A stretch of DNA of 64,000 bases. Origin: a virus (lineage: Duplodnaviria > Caudoviricetes). Position 1 is the stretch's first letter. Each line of letters opens with the position of its first letter. Under the pieces are notes generated by a model. It did not search any database, was not told where the DNA came from, and saw only the letters and a list, made by a program, of their open reading frames with translations. Where the stretch lies: positions 1 through 64,000 of IMG/VR virus record IMGVR_UViG_3300021256_000074; one strand, given 5' to 3'. This document shows positions 49,265-61,836 of this stretch, in pieces. A program made the translations under genes and the position numbers.

Positions 49265-49366
49265 CAGAACTTATTAGCATCCCACAAGAACTGCTAATAG
49301 GTCATTACAGTCCAACTGTATAACTGGAATTAACAATATTAACTAATTAACAATTTTAACAAATTT

Positions 49367-50263
49367 ATGGAAAGTTCAAAAATTATGATGTTTCCTGAAA
49401 TGGGAAACGGCGGTATTGATCCGAACCTGTTGCTCGCTCTGAACAACAACGGCGGATTTGGTGGTAACAACTGGATATGGATCCTCTTCCTCTGGCTTAT
49501 CTGGGGAAATAATGGCTGGGGCAACAATGGCTTTGGTGCTAATGGATTCCTGTCTAATCAGATCAGCAACGATACTGGTCGTGAGCTGCTTATGAATGCT
49601 ATTCAAGGCAACGGAACGGCAATTCAGAATCTTGCTAACCTGTTGAATACAGAAGTAAACACCGTGCAGAACGGTATATTTACTCTGAACAATGCTATCA
49701 CATCTGTTGGTACGCAAGTTGGTATGAGCGGTCTGCAGATCCAGAATGCTATACAGAGCGGAAATGCTTCTATAGCTTCTCAGATCTGTCAGTGCTGCTG
49801 CGAGAACCGTCTTGCTATTTGTGAGCAGACTAATACTTTACAGTCTCAGATGGCTGCTAACCAAGCTGCAGACCAGCTTGCAGTATGCCAGTAGACTAAT
49901 GCACTGTAGTCTCAGGCAGAGCGTAACACTCGCGACATAACTGAAGCAATTAATGCTCAGAGTGTTATGATTAATAACAAGTTCTGTGATCTTGAGATGC
50001 GTGAGCTTCAGAATAAGATTGATACTTAGGCTGGTATTATCACTCAGCTTCGTGACCAAATTACTACTGACCGTTAGACTTTGCAGCTCAATTCTGCTTT
50101 CAACGCTATTGATAACAAGATTGACGCTATTGCTGCAAAGCAGCCTAACACCGTTCCCGTACAGTGGCCTAATCTTACTGCTGTCAATACCACTCCTTAT
50201 GTAAGTGGAGGTTTCTATAACAGCTTCGGTAATGGTTTTTGGGGTAACAATGTTTCATTTTAA
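49367..50263 (+). CDS. Conserved Gly/Asn-rich CCCENR coiled-coil protein (298 aa, 4 TAG=Gln)
   Basis: Internal repeat CEQTNTLQSQ / CQ*TNAL*SQ. Confidence 0.85.
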
Positions 50264-50276
50264 TTGAGAGTAAATT

Positions 50277-50627
50277 ATGGGGTGCTTTAATATAACTACC
50301 AACGTGAGTGGGGTTCCATATCTTAGCACAACCAATGTAACTGTAACAGATACAGCTGTGGATTTAGCTTTAGGCTTCCGTAATACAAGAGGCCCATATG
50401 CAGTACAACCTGTCGGCTACTTTACAGTTCGCATTGCAACAGCAATTCCTGAAGGTACTACTGGTACACTGCCAGTAACTCTTACCTTGAATGGAATTAC
50501 TCGTGCACTTACTTTCTTTAATGGAACTCCTGTTACTGCCGCAGATCTTGCTGGTACTGGTATTATTACAGTATTCAATGATCGTTTCAACGGCATATTA
50601 CAGATTACTTCTACATTAGGAGCTTAA
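50277..50627 (+). CDS. Hypothetical beta-rich protein
   Basis: 116-aa ORF. Confidence 0.8.
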   Translation: MGCFNITTNVSGVPYLSTTNVTVTDTAVDLALGFRNTRGPYAVQPVGYFTVRIATAIPEGTTGTLPVTLTLNGITRALTFFNGTPVTAADLAGTGIITVFNDRFNGILQITSTLGA

Positions 50628-50654
50628 TTATTAACTTTTTAAATTTATATAACT

Positions 50655-50984
50655 ATGGTAATGATAGAAATGCGTGAAGCTGCTCAAGATAAAGCTTTTG
50701 AGCTTCTGGATGAAATCAAGGATCTTGGTCGTCAGAAGAAGATGGCTCTTTGTGAACTGGAGGATACTTTATACGATTGCTTTGAAAGCGAGAGTGAAGA
50801 ATCTGAAGGTGGCGAATAGTCTGAAGAAGGTAAAGATCTTGGCTTCAAGAGTAAGTATAATCGCCATTACGCAATGCGTAATTTCGATAAGGACGATGAG
50901 ATGGATATGTATGAGCCCGATATGCGTCAGTATAGACGTGCAATGCGTATGCGTCGTCGTAACCGCATGGGAAGATATATGTGA
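50655..50984 (+). CDS. Hypothetical protein (109 aa, 1 TAG=Gln), Arg-rich C-terminus
   Basis: MVMIEMRE...MRMRRRNRMGRYM; different frame from the ORF-track call. Confidence 0.78.
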
Positions 50985-51042
50985 TTAATTGGTCGATTGG
51001 GTGGGGAAACCCACCCTAGTAGACCACAAACAATTATTAATT

Positions 51043-51540
51043 ATGTTTTCAGGATTACATCAAAATTCAACTCTTTACGTATTAGATAAAAGTGAAGAGC
51101 CAAAAGTGGTAATGGGTTATATAGAACGCGTAAGCGCTCCACACCCAATGTACCAAAATTACAACCCTGCCGTAAGTTTTGGAGCAAATCTTCAAACTGT
51201 GGTAGATATTGTAGTAAAGATAGGAAACGAAAGGAAAGAATTTGTAGGCGTACCAAGTACAGCTGTAATTCATTCTTACGGAGACTATGTTCTCAGTGAA
51301 TCTAAAGATAGCATGATTTAGGAAGTAACTGCTATGTTACAAAACAGCAAAAGTATTGTAGCAAATGTAGATTAGCATAAATCGAACATCACTGCTTGTG
51401 AAAAGATACTTAAGGAGTTAAATCCGGTGTACGCTAAGGAACAAGAGAGAGATGAGGCTATCGATAATATATCTGGCCGAATGGATCGTATAGAAGATAT
51501 CTTAGCGAGACTTGAAAACAGGCTAGGTACATAGAACTGA
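51043..51540 (+). CDS. Hypothetical protein (165 aa, 3 TAG=Gln)
   Basis: MFSGLHQNSTLYVLDK...CEKILKELNP; TGA 51540. Confidence 0.8.
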
Positions 51541-51935
51541 TGATAGCACAATACATACAATTAGGAAAAAAGGGTTGGAATGTGCTAGTGTATTATGGAG
51601 TACACAGAGAAGACTTTTTAGAAGTTGAAGATGCATTAAAACAATTAGGATGTTCTCATAAAGATATATGGAGATCCTTAAGGGTTTTGACTAAAGAGAA
51701 TACAGGTTTTACATTTAGCAATTCAGATTATAAAATGAGTATAGTATGTGTAGGGCCTTCTTCAGATGTAAGTCAATTTGTAAACACTGCAATACACGAA
51801 GCAAAACATGTATAGTCTCATATATGTTCTTATTACAACATACCGGAAGATAGCGAAGATGCTGCATATTTAATAGGGTATCTTGTATAGAGAATGTATA
51901 AAATGTTTTCAAAGATTATAAGACAATATGTTTGA
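51540..51935 (+). CDS. HExxH metallopeptidase-like protein (131 aa, 2 TAG=Gln)
   Basis: IHEAKHV(Q)SHI...SEDAAYLIG. Confidence 0.72.
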
Positions 51936-52446
51936 TATTTAGGGAGATAAAATTAAATTTAATACAGAAGATTTAGCCATACCTCCTTTTAAAGATCATT
52001 ACAACAACGCAAAAGATAAACAACTTGCGTTGAAAGAGATTGAATACGTAGTCTGGCTACACAAATGGAACACGCCGTATGAAGCGTATCCCGCAAGCGA
52101 ACGGCCGTTTGTTGTAGCCAAAGACGTGTTCAAAAATGAAAATTATACCCCTTCTGAAGAAGTTTAGCAGCTAGAAAAGCGATTTATAGAGTTTTAGGAG
52201 ACTCCTGGAACAAGACTGTTAAGCGCATCTCAGACTGCAGCAGAAGGACTTATAGTAGCTCTAAATGATTATTCGAGAGGTTTAATGGATATAGATACTG
52301 CTATAAAGGTTACGAGAATATTAAAAGATGTAGGTAACATAGTAAAGTCGCTTGATATTGCCATGAAACAGGCTAAGATGGAACAGGCTGAATCTGGTAG
52401 GATTAAAGGTGGCGGTACTATAGGTTTATATGAAACTGTTAGATAA
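51928..52446 (+). CDS. Conserved protein upstream of terminase, possible small terminase subunit (172 aa, 3 TAG=Gln)
   Basis: Open frame apart from TAG; C-terminal RIKGGGTIGLYE; function inferred from position only. Confidence 0.6.
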
Positions 52447-52447
52447 T

Positions 52448-52831
52448 ATGTGGTTAAGAAGAATTGATTAGGATGGTTCCGAGTTTCGTTATGAGTTGGA
52501 TGATTGCTACGCTGCACCCCTAATGACAGAAAAAGGCCATCAGACACAGATGTTTGTGGTATGTAAATATTTTAAGAACAACGACGGTGAATTTTAGTTG
52601 TGTAGATGCAACGAAAAAGTATATGTAACTATTGAAATGTTGCTTTCCACGTTTGTAGCAATTGACTCGGAAGTAGACGAGAAGATAAAAGACTTGCAGA
52701 AGTTTAAGAAAGACGTTCAGTCAAAGAATCTTGAAGAAAGTCTAGCTCCGTTTACTTTGAACAGAGTAGAAGAGCATAATGTGACGGATAATGGCGAAAC
52801 AATAACCAATTTAGATAATGGCAACAATTGA
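52448..52831 (+). CDS. Hypothetical protein (127 aa, 2 TAG=Gln)
   Basis: ATG 52448 in frame with fragment 52598-52831. Confidence 0.75.
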
Positions 52832-53402
52832 AAAATATATTCCTATCATACTTAGATGGGAGGCTGGCATAACAATGAAAGCCGGCGAAACTTTAGAAAA
52901 TGCTTTTTTGAGAGCTAAGAAACATGGATTTGCAGACGATCCTGATGATCGCGGTGGAGCTACAATGATAGGTGTCACGATAGGAACATATCGATCTTAT
53001 TGCAAATACAAGGGAAAGAAAGTACCTAGTGTAACAGATCTTAAGAATATTTCTTACAAAGAGTGGAGAGATATTATTCATACGATGTTCTGGTCAAAAT
53101 GGAAGGCTGATCTTATTGAAGACTAGAATGTAGCAAACATGATAGTAGATTGGGTATGGGCTTCTGGCCAAGGTATTGGTATTAAACGAGTACAAAAGAT
53201 ACTTGGTGTAACTGCTGATGGCATTGTAGGCCCGAAGACAATAGCTGCTGTAAATGCACAGAATCCAAAAGAGCTTTTCAAGAAAGTATATGACGGAAGA
53301 GCTGCACACTTCAATGCAATAGTAAAAGCTAATCCTTCGCAGAAGAAATGGTTGAAGGGTTGGATGAACAGAATCAATTATATCTATAATTTGGCTAATT
53401 GA
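52818..53402 (+). CDS. Endolysin, glycoside hydrolase family 108 with peptidoglycan-binding domain (194 aa, 1 TAG=Gln)
   Basis: WEAG...DPDDRGGATMIGVT...DWVWASG...DGIVGPKT...GWMNR. Confidence 0.92.
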
Positions 53403-53407
53403 TATTT

Positions 53408-55468
53408 ATGGTAGACTTTAATAAAAAAGTGTTTAACACAGATAAATTTCGTCAGGCAGCATTGTTTTTTCAAGAACACGGGTGTTACACTTTAGCTCCC
53501 AGAGGTACTACTGATTATATACAATATTGGGAGCAAGAAACAAATAGATGTTTAAACGGATATGTTGCTCCAGACGGTGACGCCATAACCGGCTATCATT
53601 ATTTTTACTTGAATTATAGTCCGATTATGAAGCTTGAAGAAACAGAATATACAGACAGATACGGCAATATTCGTAGGAAACGTGAGCGTATACTTAGTTT
53701 TCCAGACTTTTGGGATTATGATTATTTTTACTTCAATGCTATAGAAGAAGCGGAAACGTAGGGAAAACATATGGCCACATTAAAATGTAGACAGAGAGGA
53801 TATTCTTTTAAAGGTGCATCTATGTTGGTTCGTAATTACGAACTTATTCCAGGTTCTAAAAACTTTGCTGTAGCTTCAGAATAGAAGTTTCTAGTAGGAG
53901 ATGGTCTTCTTACTAAAGCGTGGCAGATTATGGACTTTGTTGATAAACATACCGCATGGTCTAAACAACGTCTTACTTCAACGCGTCTTGAACGAGTTAG
54001 TGGTTATAAGGTTACCGACGAGTTTGGTAAGTAGACAGAACAGGGATATTTATCAAGCATTACTGGAATAACACTTAAAAATGATCCAGAGCGTCTTCGT
54101 GGTACTCGTGGTAAATTAGTACTGTTTGAAGAAGGTGGTAAGTTCCCAAATCTAGAAACTGCGTGGCGTATTGAACAGCCTGCTGTAGAAACTGACGACG
54201 GCGTTGCATTCGGCTTGTTATGTTTATTCGGAACAGGTGGTACAGAAGGTGGTTCATTTGACGGATTGAAAAACATATTCTACAACCCAAAAGCATTCAA
54301 TGTTCTTAGTTTCCCAAATATATGGGACGATGGACAAGAACAAACAGAGTGTGGATTCTTTGTACCAGCTTGGAGTAATCTATAGTCATTTGACGAAGAC
54401 GGAAATCAAATCTTTATGGATTAGTTTGGAAATAGTTTAAAAGAAAAAGCTATTGAAGAACTAATAAATCAACGTAATGCAATTAAAGATGGAGGTGCAT
54501 CGTAGACATCTATAGACCGCTTTATATCAGAACGTCCTTTAAAACCACAAGAGGCCGTACTCGAATTAGGTAAGAATATTTTCCCAAGAAAACTTTTAAT
54601 GGATCAACTAACTCGTATTAGAACCAATACAAAGATTCGTAATATGAAACATATAGTAGATCTTACTTGGGACGGCAATGGAAATGTGCAAGCAACAGAA
54701 AAGAAATCAGGAGATATAACAACGTATCATTTAAAGAAAGATGACAAACCAAACGGATCTGTAGTTATATGGGAATATCCTATCCCAGACGCCCCATTTG
54801 GATTATACATTGGCGGCTGCGACCCGTATGATCACGATGAGTCATTCACTAACTCTTTAGGATCAACGTTTATTTTTAAACGAGTTAGAGCAGGTGAAGC
54901 GTGGAACGATGTGATTGTAGCTGAGTATACGGGGCGTCCTGATACTGCAGAAGAGTACTATGAAAACGTACGTAAACTGTTAGTATTCTATAATGCGAGG
55001 TTGTTGTTTGAGAATGAACGTAAAGGTATATATCCTTATTTTACTAACAAACACTGCGATTACCTACTCGCAGATCAGCCAGACAAAATAATTACGGAAG
55101 TCTTTAAAGACAGTAAAGTACAGCGCCGTAAAGGCTGTCATATGACAAAAGCCATAAGGGCTTATGGGGAAGGCTTAATACTAGAATGGTTAATGGAAGA
55201 ATACGAACCAGGCCACCCAAATATAGAGAGAGTATACAGCGAACCACTTATAGAAGAACTTATAGAGAACGACGGTGTAAAAAACGTAGACCGTGTGATA
55301 GCAATGTGTATGGTTATGATATACAGAGAAGAGTTGTTCTAGGTAAAAGTGGCAGCTGCAAAAGATAAAAATAAATAGGTTGAGCTCTTCGAGTTACCGT
55401 TGTTTAGTAAGCAGTGGTTTGATACTGACAACGATATGCACGATAGCATGCCAATATTTAGCTTTTAA
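53408..55468 (+). CDS. terL: Terminase large subunit (686 aa, 8 TAG=Gln)
   Basis: LKCRQRGYSFK, VLFEEGG, GTGG, YIGGCDPY, LFENE, NVDRV. Confidence 0.93.
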
Positions 55469-55470
55469 CG

Positions 55471-57957
55471 ATGGTAAGAGTAGAAGATAATTTATATAAT
55501 GCAACATTTCCTCAATAGAAACTGCCTTTATCAAAAAAGAACGAAAAGTGGCAGCACGATTGCGTGAACTATATAATCGGGGAAGGTAATGTAGTGTCTG
55601 GCGGTATGAGCAAGACACAATTCGGAGAGATGTAGACCTACTACAATCTTTATAATAGTATCTTCGACGAAAAAGATTTTAAACGTGTTACGAATCCATT
55701 TAAAGTTGAAGATGGATTCCCTGCTACGCCACAAGATTTTAATATTATACGGCCGAAGGTAGACCTCCTTATAGGTGAAGAAACAAAGCGGCCGATGAAT
55801 TTTAGAGTGGTTAGAACATCACAAGAGGCTGCTTCAGAACTCATGGAAAAAGAAAAAGAAATGGTTATGCAGTACGTAATGGCTGCTATTACCGCAAGAA
55901 TGAGTCCTGAAGAACAGTAGCAGTTTTAGCAGTAGCTTTAGAGTGGAGAAGTTATGCCCCCAGAAGCTATTGCCAAATACATGCAAAAAGATTATAAAGA
56001 TGTCGTTGAAAATACTGCTTATCACACCCTTGTTTATCTTAGAGAAAAATTAAACCTTGACAACGAATTTATTAAGGGTTGGAAAGATGCCCTTATCTCT
56101 GGTACAGAAGTATACTATGTAGGTGTTCTAAACGAAGAGCCTTATATGGAGAGAGTAAACCCGCTGTTCTTTTCTTATGACAAGAGTCCTGATTTAGAGT
56201 TTATAGAAGATGGATCTTGGTGCTGTAGAAAAATGCGCATACCAGTATCTGAGGTATACGATAGGTATTTTGATAAGCTTTCTGAAAAAGATTTAAACAA
56301 GTTAAACGAAATGCTTACAGGAACTCCGATGAATGATCATGGAGATAAAGATCCTGTAGACAATTTCAGCGGAATACAATGGCGTATATACGATAATCCT
56401 ATATACGATCAGAAGAATAGATACTGCATTAACGTGTGGCATTGCTGTTGGAAATCATTTAAAAAGATATACTATGTCACATATTTCGATGAAGCAGGAC
56501 AAGCACAAATAGAAATAGCAGACGAAAACTACAAAAAGACAGGCATGGAAATCTCTGTTGAGCCGGATTGGATTGTAGAAGTATGGGAAGGTTATAGAGC
56601 AGGGTCTGATCTCTATTTCGGCATTTAGCCTATTGAGTATCAGCACACATCTATTGATAACCCTAACTCGCAAAAGCTTCCTTACTGCGGATGTATCTAT
56701 TCCAACACTAATAGCCGTCCTAGGTCTTTGGTTTCTGTTCTTAAGCCTCTACAATATATGTATATTGTCCTTTGGTACCGTCTTGAGCTCGCTATAGCGC
56801 GTGATAAAGGAAAGGTCGTAAATATGGACATTACATAGATACCTAAGTCTATGAATATTACTCCTGACCGCTGGATGCATTATCTATCTAGCGTAGGCGT
56901 CAACTTCATAAATCCATACGAAGAAGGATGGAATATTCCTGGACGAGAGGGTGGAAAACCTGCCAGCTTTAACTAGATTACTTCTCTTGACCTTACAATG
57001 TCCAATGTCATTGCTGAATACATTCAGCTTATGGATAAGATAGAGCAGCTTGCAGGTACTATCTCAGGTATCACAGAGCAACGTCAAGGAGCTATTAGTT
57101 CTAACGAACTTGTTGGTAATGTAGAGCGTTCTGTTGTCCAATCTTCACATATTACAGAACCTCTGTTTTGGTCTCATAATCAATGTAAGAGACATGTACT
57201 AAACATGTTGCTCAATACAGCTAAAGGTGCATGGGAGCAGACAGGTAAAAAGAAGCTTAGTTACATATTCGATAATGGCGAACGAGCTTATATAGACATT
57301 GCTGATAAGTTTTATTATGAAGATATGGACGTGTTTGTGAGTGACACTTCTAAAGACATGGAGAACATTTAGAAGTTGCAGCAGCTTATTTAGCCGGCTA
57401 TGCAGAATGGAGCCAGCCTCTTGGAGGCCGCTGAAGTGCTTACAAACGATAACTTCAATATCATCAAACAGAAGCTTCAAGAGATGCAGATTAGACAGGA
57501 ACAGATGCAGCAACAAGCTCAAGAAGCAGAGCAACAGCAAGCTGTTCAACTTCAACAGATGCAGAACGAACAGCGTGAACAAGAGCTTATGCTTGAAGAA
57601 GCTAAGATGGATCTTGAGAGATATAAGATCGATGCTGATAACCAAACTAAGATTGCTGTAGCTGAAATTAGTGCATATCGTGGTACTGAAGAAAAGGATG
57701 CCAATATGAATGGTATACCTGATCCTATGGAAATAGCTAAAGATGCTACTCAACAGCGTAAGATTGCTTCTGACGAATATATTAAGCGCTATGAGGCTAG
57801 ACAAAAGAAAGAGATTGAAGATAAGAAGATCTAGCTTGAGCGCGATCGTATGCAGCATGAAATGGAACTTCAGAAAGCTAAAGACGAAGCGGCTTTGGAA
57901 CGTGAGAAGATTAAAGCAAGAACTGCAAGAGCTAATAAAGTAAGTGGAGAAAAATGA
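55471..57957 (+). CDS. Portal protein (828 aa, about 12 TAG=Gln)
   Basis: FPQ(Q)KLP, NIIRPKVDLLIGEE, EVWEGY, SGITEQRQG; follows terL. Confidence 0.9.
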
Positions 57958-58130
57958 CACAAAATGAAGAACAAGAGCTCTTAGAGCTTACAAGATAGAA
58001 CAATGAGCTTCTAAGAGCTATACTTCATTTAGTACAGCATGACGAAGCTAATGACTTTATACATAATTTAATAGCTAATCTAATAGCAAATAGGATGGAG
58101 GGAAATACTTATGTACAAAGATCCAACTGA
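57954..58130 (+). CDS. Small hypothetical protein (58 aa, 1 TAG=Gln)
   Basis: ATGA overlap with the portal stop. Confidence 0.6.
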
Positions 58131-58998
58131 CTTTAGAAAAAGATTTCAAGCTTATAAGGACGGTAAGATGCCTTATAAAAACGGCAGACCTGTTAAATTT
58201 GAAGACGGTAAAGATAAATATCCTATCACAACAGGAGGTGCTGGATATATTCCGGAGTTAGACGTAGTTTCTGCTGTGAAAAAAGCTGCACACAATTATG
58301 CATTTGGAGATTTGCCAATTGATACAATTCGGTAGAGGTTATATGAAAATATACAACCTGCTGGGTATAACGACGCATTAAGAAGAGTTCGTAGAGCAGT
58401 TGTAGAAAATGATCCAAATGATCATGCTGATTTAGATTTTATACCCACACGACCAGATAGATTTGCTAGAGAGTATAGAGATAATATATTTGCTGAATAT
58501 CTATAGATACCGAAGGAAAAAAGGCATAATATAGCTTCACATAAAATAATACCGTCAAAATACAGACCAACTAAGGGGGATTCGCCGAATAATAAATATT
58601 TTAAAATCGACGAAAATACTGCGTGGAATCCTATATGGGGACGTGTATACAACGCAGTATATAAATATAAAAATTTTTTCGGTACTACTAAACCGCTATT
58701 GATAAATCAGAATGCAATACGTCCAGCTATATATGATGTTCTTGGAAAACATACTGTGGGAAGAGGGTATGATGAAAGAGGAGAGTATATGTCATATGCA
58801 GACGTGTGGGATTTATCTCCGTATGGATTTGGAGGCGAACACGATCAGTCTAACGGAGTAGGAAAACCCGTACACATATATGATAGAATGTATTTAGATG
58901 ATTATTATGGAGTAAAAGAACCCACTCACGCTACTTATCTTCCTGAAGTAATCGTTTATGGTACAAAAGGCAAAAATGCATAGATTTAGAGACGATAA
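58111..58998 (+). CDS. Hypothetical protein (295 aa, 4 TAG=Gln)
   Basis: MYKDPTDFRKRFQAYKDGK N-terminus; one frame through to TAA 58998. Confidence 0.78.
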
Positions 58999-59059
58999 AG
59001 AACCAAAATACAGACAATGAAGTCTGAATAAAATAAACTTTAATTAACTATATTGCAAT

Positions 59060-60223
59060 ATGGCAAAAAAGAAGAATACTATACCAAGCGGGTTTGAAGA
59101 TGTTTTAGGTAACATCTACAGTAACGCAGAAGAAGGAAGCGGTATTTCCAATATGGATGACCTCTTCAATTCTGATGATACGCTTGAAGAAGATGAAAAG
59201 AATGTACCGCCAGTGAAGACTGAGGACGGCGAAGAAAAGAAGGATGACACTTAGGTACCTCCTACTAATGAGGATGACAGTGATATTCCAGAAGATGTCT
59301 TGAAAGCAATGCAAGACAATAAAACAACTGAAGAAGACGATGACAATAAAGAAGATAACACAGAACCTTCTGATGCAGATGTCATAGAAGCTCAGCAAGT
59401 TGGGCTTTTGTTCGATGCTATCGGACAGTCTCTTGGTTGGAATATGGACGATATTGACGAGAAGGATAGACCTCTTACTGTCGACGCTCTCACAGAGTAT
59501 TTTGCAGAAACAGTAAAGCAAAACTCTGTTCCAGAATATGCAGACGAGCGAATACAGCGTCTCGATGAATATGTTCGCAACGGCGGTAAGTTTGAAGATT
59601 TTTATTCAAAACAATCAGAAAGTCTTTCTCTCGACAACATCGACATGGAAGATGAAGTTAACCAAAAAGCAGTTATTCGTGAACTCCTTAAGCATAGTAA
59701 TTATACTGATGAACAAATAAATAAGAAGATTTCTCGGTATGAAGATGCTGATATGCTTTTTGAGGAATCAGAGGATGCTTTAGATAGATTGAAGCAGATT
59801 AAGGCTCACGAAATTGAGGAAGAAGCTAAACAGCAAGAAGCATATGCTAAGCAGCAAGAAGAGCAGTCTAAAGCCTTCTTTACAGCTGTAACAAACGATA
59901 TTAATTCACTTACTAATATTCGTGGTATAGCAATTCCCAAAGAAGATCGTAAAGCTCTGTTTGATTATATTTTCAAAGTAGATCAAAACGGTTTATCACA
60001 ATACCAAAAAGACTTTAATGAAAATCTATCAAAGAATCTCATCGAATCAGCATACTTTACGATGAAAGCTGATGCTTTGATCTCTAATGCAGAAAAAAAG
60101 GGGGAGTCATCCGCTGCTGACAAACTTAGAAAAATATTACGACATACACAAAAAAATCACTCAGCGTATAATGCTGATGACAAACAGAAATCAGTTACGG
60201 ACTTACTTGCAGGTGCGTTCTGA
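59060..60223 (+). CDS. Acidic protein upstream of MCP, probable scaffold (387 aa, 1 TAG=Gln)
   Basis: Very acidic N-terminus, coiled coil, position between portal and MCP. Confidence 0.75.
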
Positions 60224-60252
60224 TTTGATTAATTAAACAATATAAATAATAT

Positions 60253-61761
60253 ATGAATAATAGTTTACTTAATAATCTCCAGTTGTATCGCGGACGTCGT
60301 TTCAGCGACCTGGTAGATGAGAATATGATTTCTAACGCCCTGCTGACTAGACCTCATGAGGTGTCTGGCCTCCTTTCGCTGGTATTTGGTACAAAGGACG
60401 ACGGTGTATCTACTGCTATTGACCTTATTACTGGTGGTCTTGGCAAGACAATGATTATTGACAATCGTGAGTTCGAGTGGTCTGTGATGATCGATAGCGA
60501 CCACGCTGTTAACATTCGCTGGGCTAAGGCCAACGGTGTCGAAATCACTTCGGCTAACTACAGCTCTCAGACTGCTGGTGCCAATGGTGCTCCTATCTAC
60601 CTCGCTCTCGAAGAGCGTTGGTTCGGTCCTGGTGCTATTCTGAGCTTTGACGATTATAAATTCCAGGTTCGCGTTAGCGGCACTCCTTATCAGGACGGTA
60701 GCGCTTGGGTTTACGAGTGCTATGTTGTTGACCAGTCGAACGCTGCTTATATTCCTGGTGAGTTCCTGCTCCCTGGCCGTCAGGTAAGCCGTATGGGTTC
60801 TGCCTACGAGGAGTACAGCGATGAGGCTGATATCATCAACTATCAGACTCCCTTTAAGATGCGTAACCAGCTGCAGACTCTGCGTCTGACCTACGATATC
60901 ACGGGTGACGCTTACAGCACTGTTCTGGCTATTGCTCTGAAGGATCCCGAGTCTGGTAAGACTTCTTACCTCTGGAGCGATTATCAGTATTGGATTGCTC
61001 TTCGTGAGTGGAAGAAGCGTGAGGAGAAGGAACTTCTGTTCGGTAAGGGTAACCGTCAGGCCGATGGTACTTATAACCTGAAAGGCACGAACGGACGTCC
61101 TGTTGCCAAGATGTCTGGTCTGTTTGAGCAGATTTCTCCGGCTAACGTTCGTTATTATACTCACCTGACCGCTGAGCTGCTCGAAGACTTCCTCTTCGAC
61201 CTCTGCTACAACCTGCTCGGTACCAATGAGCGCAAGTTCATTGCTCTGACTGGTGAGATGGGTATTCGTGAGTTCGACCGTATCCTGAAGGAGAAGGTTG
61301 CTGGATTCAATCTTATTGACACTACGTTTGTTACTGGTAGCGGTCAGAACCTGACCCTCGGTGGCCAGTTCACCACCTATAAGATGACCAACGGCATTGA
61401 GCTGACCCTCAAGCGTTGCGCTATGTTCGACAACATGGAGCTGTTCCGTCAGCTGCATCCTCTGACTGGTAAACCACTGATGTCTTATACGTTCCTGTTC
61501 GTTGATCTCGGTCAGCGTGATGGTCAGGCTAACGTTGTGAAGGTTTGCCGTAAGGGTCGTGAGTTCGTACAGTGGTACACTGGTGGTTCTGTAGCCCCCA
61601 ACGGTTATGCTAACAGCATCACTACGCTGCGTTCTAACAGCCGTGATGGTTACCAGGTTCACTTCCTCGGTGAGATGGGTATCATGCTTCGCAACCCGCT
61701 GTCTTGCGGCATTCTGTACTGCGACGCTGAAGATACTGAAATCAGCAACGAAGGTATTTGA
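60253..61761 (+). CDS. Major capsid protein (crAss-like)
   Basis: 502 aa, strongest codon bias, EFEWSV, ALTGEMG-x-REF, GGQFTTY-x-MTNGIELT; followed by a terminator. Confidence 0.9.
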   Translation: MNNSLLNNLQLYRGRRFSDLVDENMISNALLTRPHEVSGLLSLVFGTKDDGVSTAIDLITGGLGKTMIIDNREFEWSVMIDSDHAVNIRWAKANGVEITSANYSSQTAGANGAPIYLALEERWFGPGAILSFDDYKFQVRVSGTPYQDGSAWVYECYVVDQSNAAYIPGEFLLPGRQVSRMGSAYEEYSDEADIINYQTPFKMRNQLQTLRLTYDITGDAYSTVLAIALKDPESGKTSYLWSDYQYWIALREWKKREEKELLFGKGNRQADGTYNLKGTNGRPVAKMSGLFEQISPANVRYYTHLTAELLEDFLFDLCYNLLGTNERKFIALTGEMGIREFDRILKEKVAGFNLIDTTFVTGSGQNLTLGGQFTTYKMTNGIELTLKRCAMFDNMELFRQLHPLTGKPLMSYTFLFVDLGQRDGQANVVKVCRKGREFVQWYTGGSVAPNGYANSITTLRSNSRDGYQVHFLGEMGIMLRNPLSCGILYCDAEDTEISNEGI

Positions 61762-61787
61762 ATTTAAAACAACAATATAATGTATTC

Positions 61788-61811
61788 GACGGGGGCTTCG
61801 GCCCCCTGCCG
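61788..61811 (+). terminator. Hairpin after MCP
   Basis: GGGGGC-TTCG-GCCCCC. Confidence 0.7.
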
Positions 61812-61836
61812 ATACACAACGTACTAATTTTATATT

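Noticed and set aside
50674-50988. ORF-track 104-aa call
   Set aside because: Wrong frame; the recoded 50655-50984 frame has an ATG, a good leader and plausible composition
39330-57960. Minus-strand ORFs 39330-40184 and 57199-57960
   Set aside because: Antisense to well-supported structural genes
60265-61662. 465-aa antisense ORF over the major capsid gene
   Set aside because: Shadow of strong codon bias; no recognisable motifs
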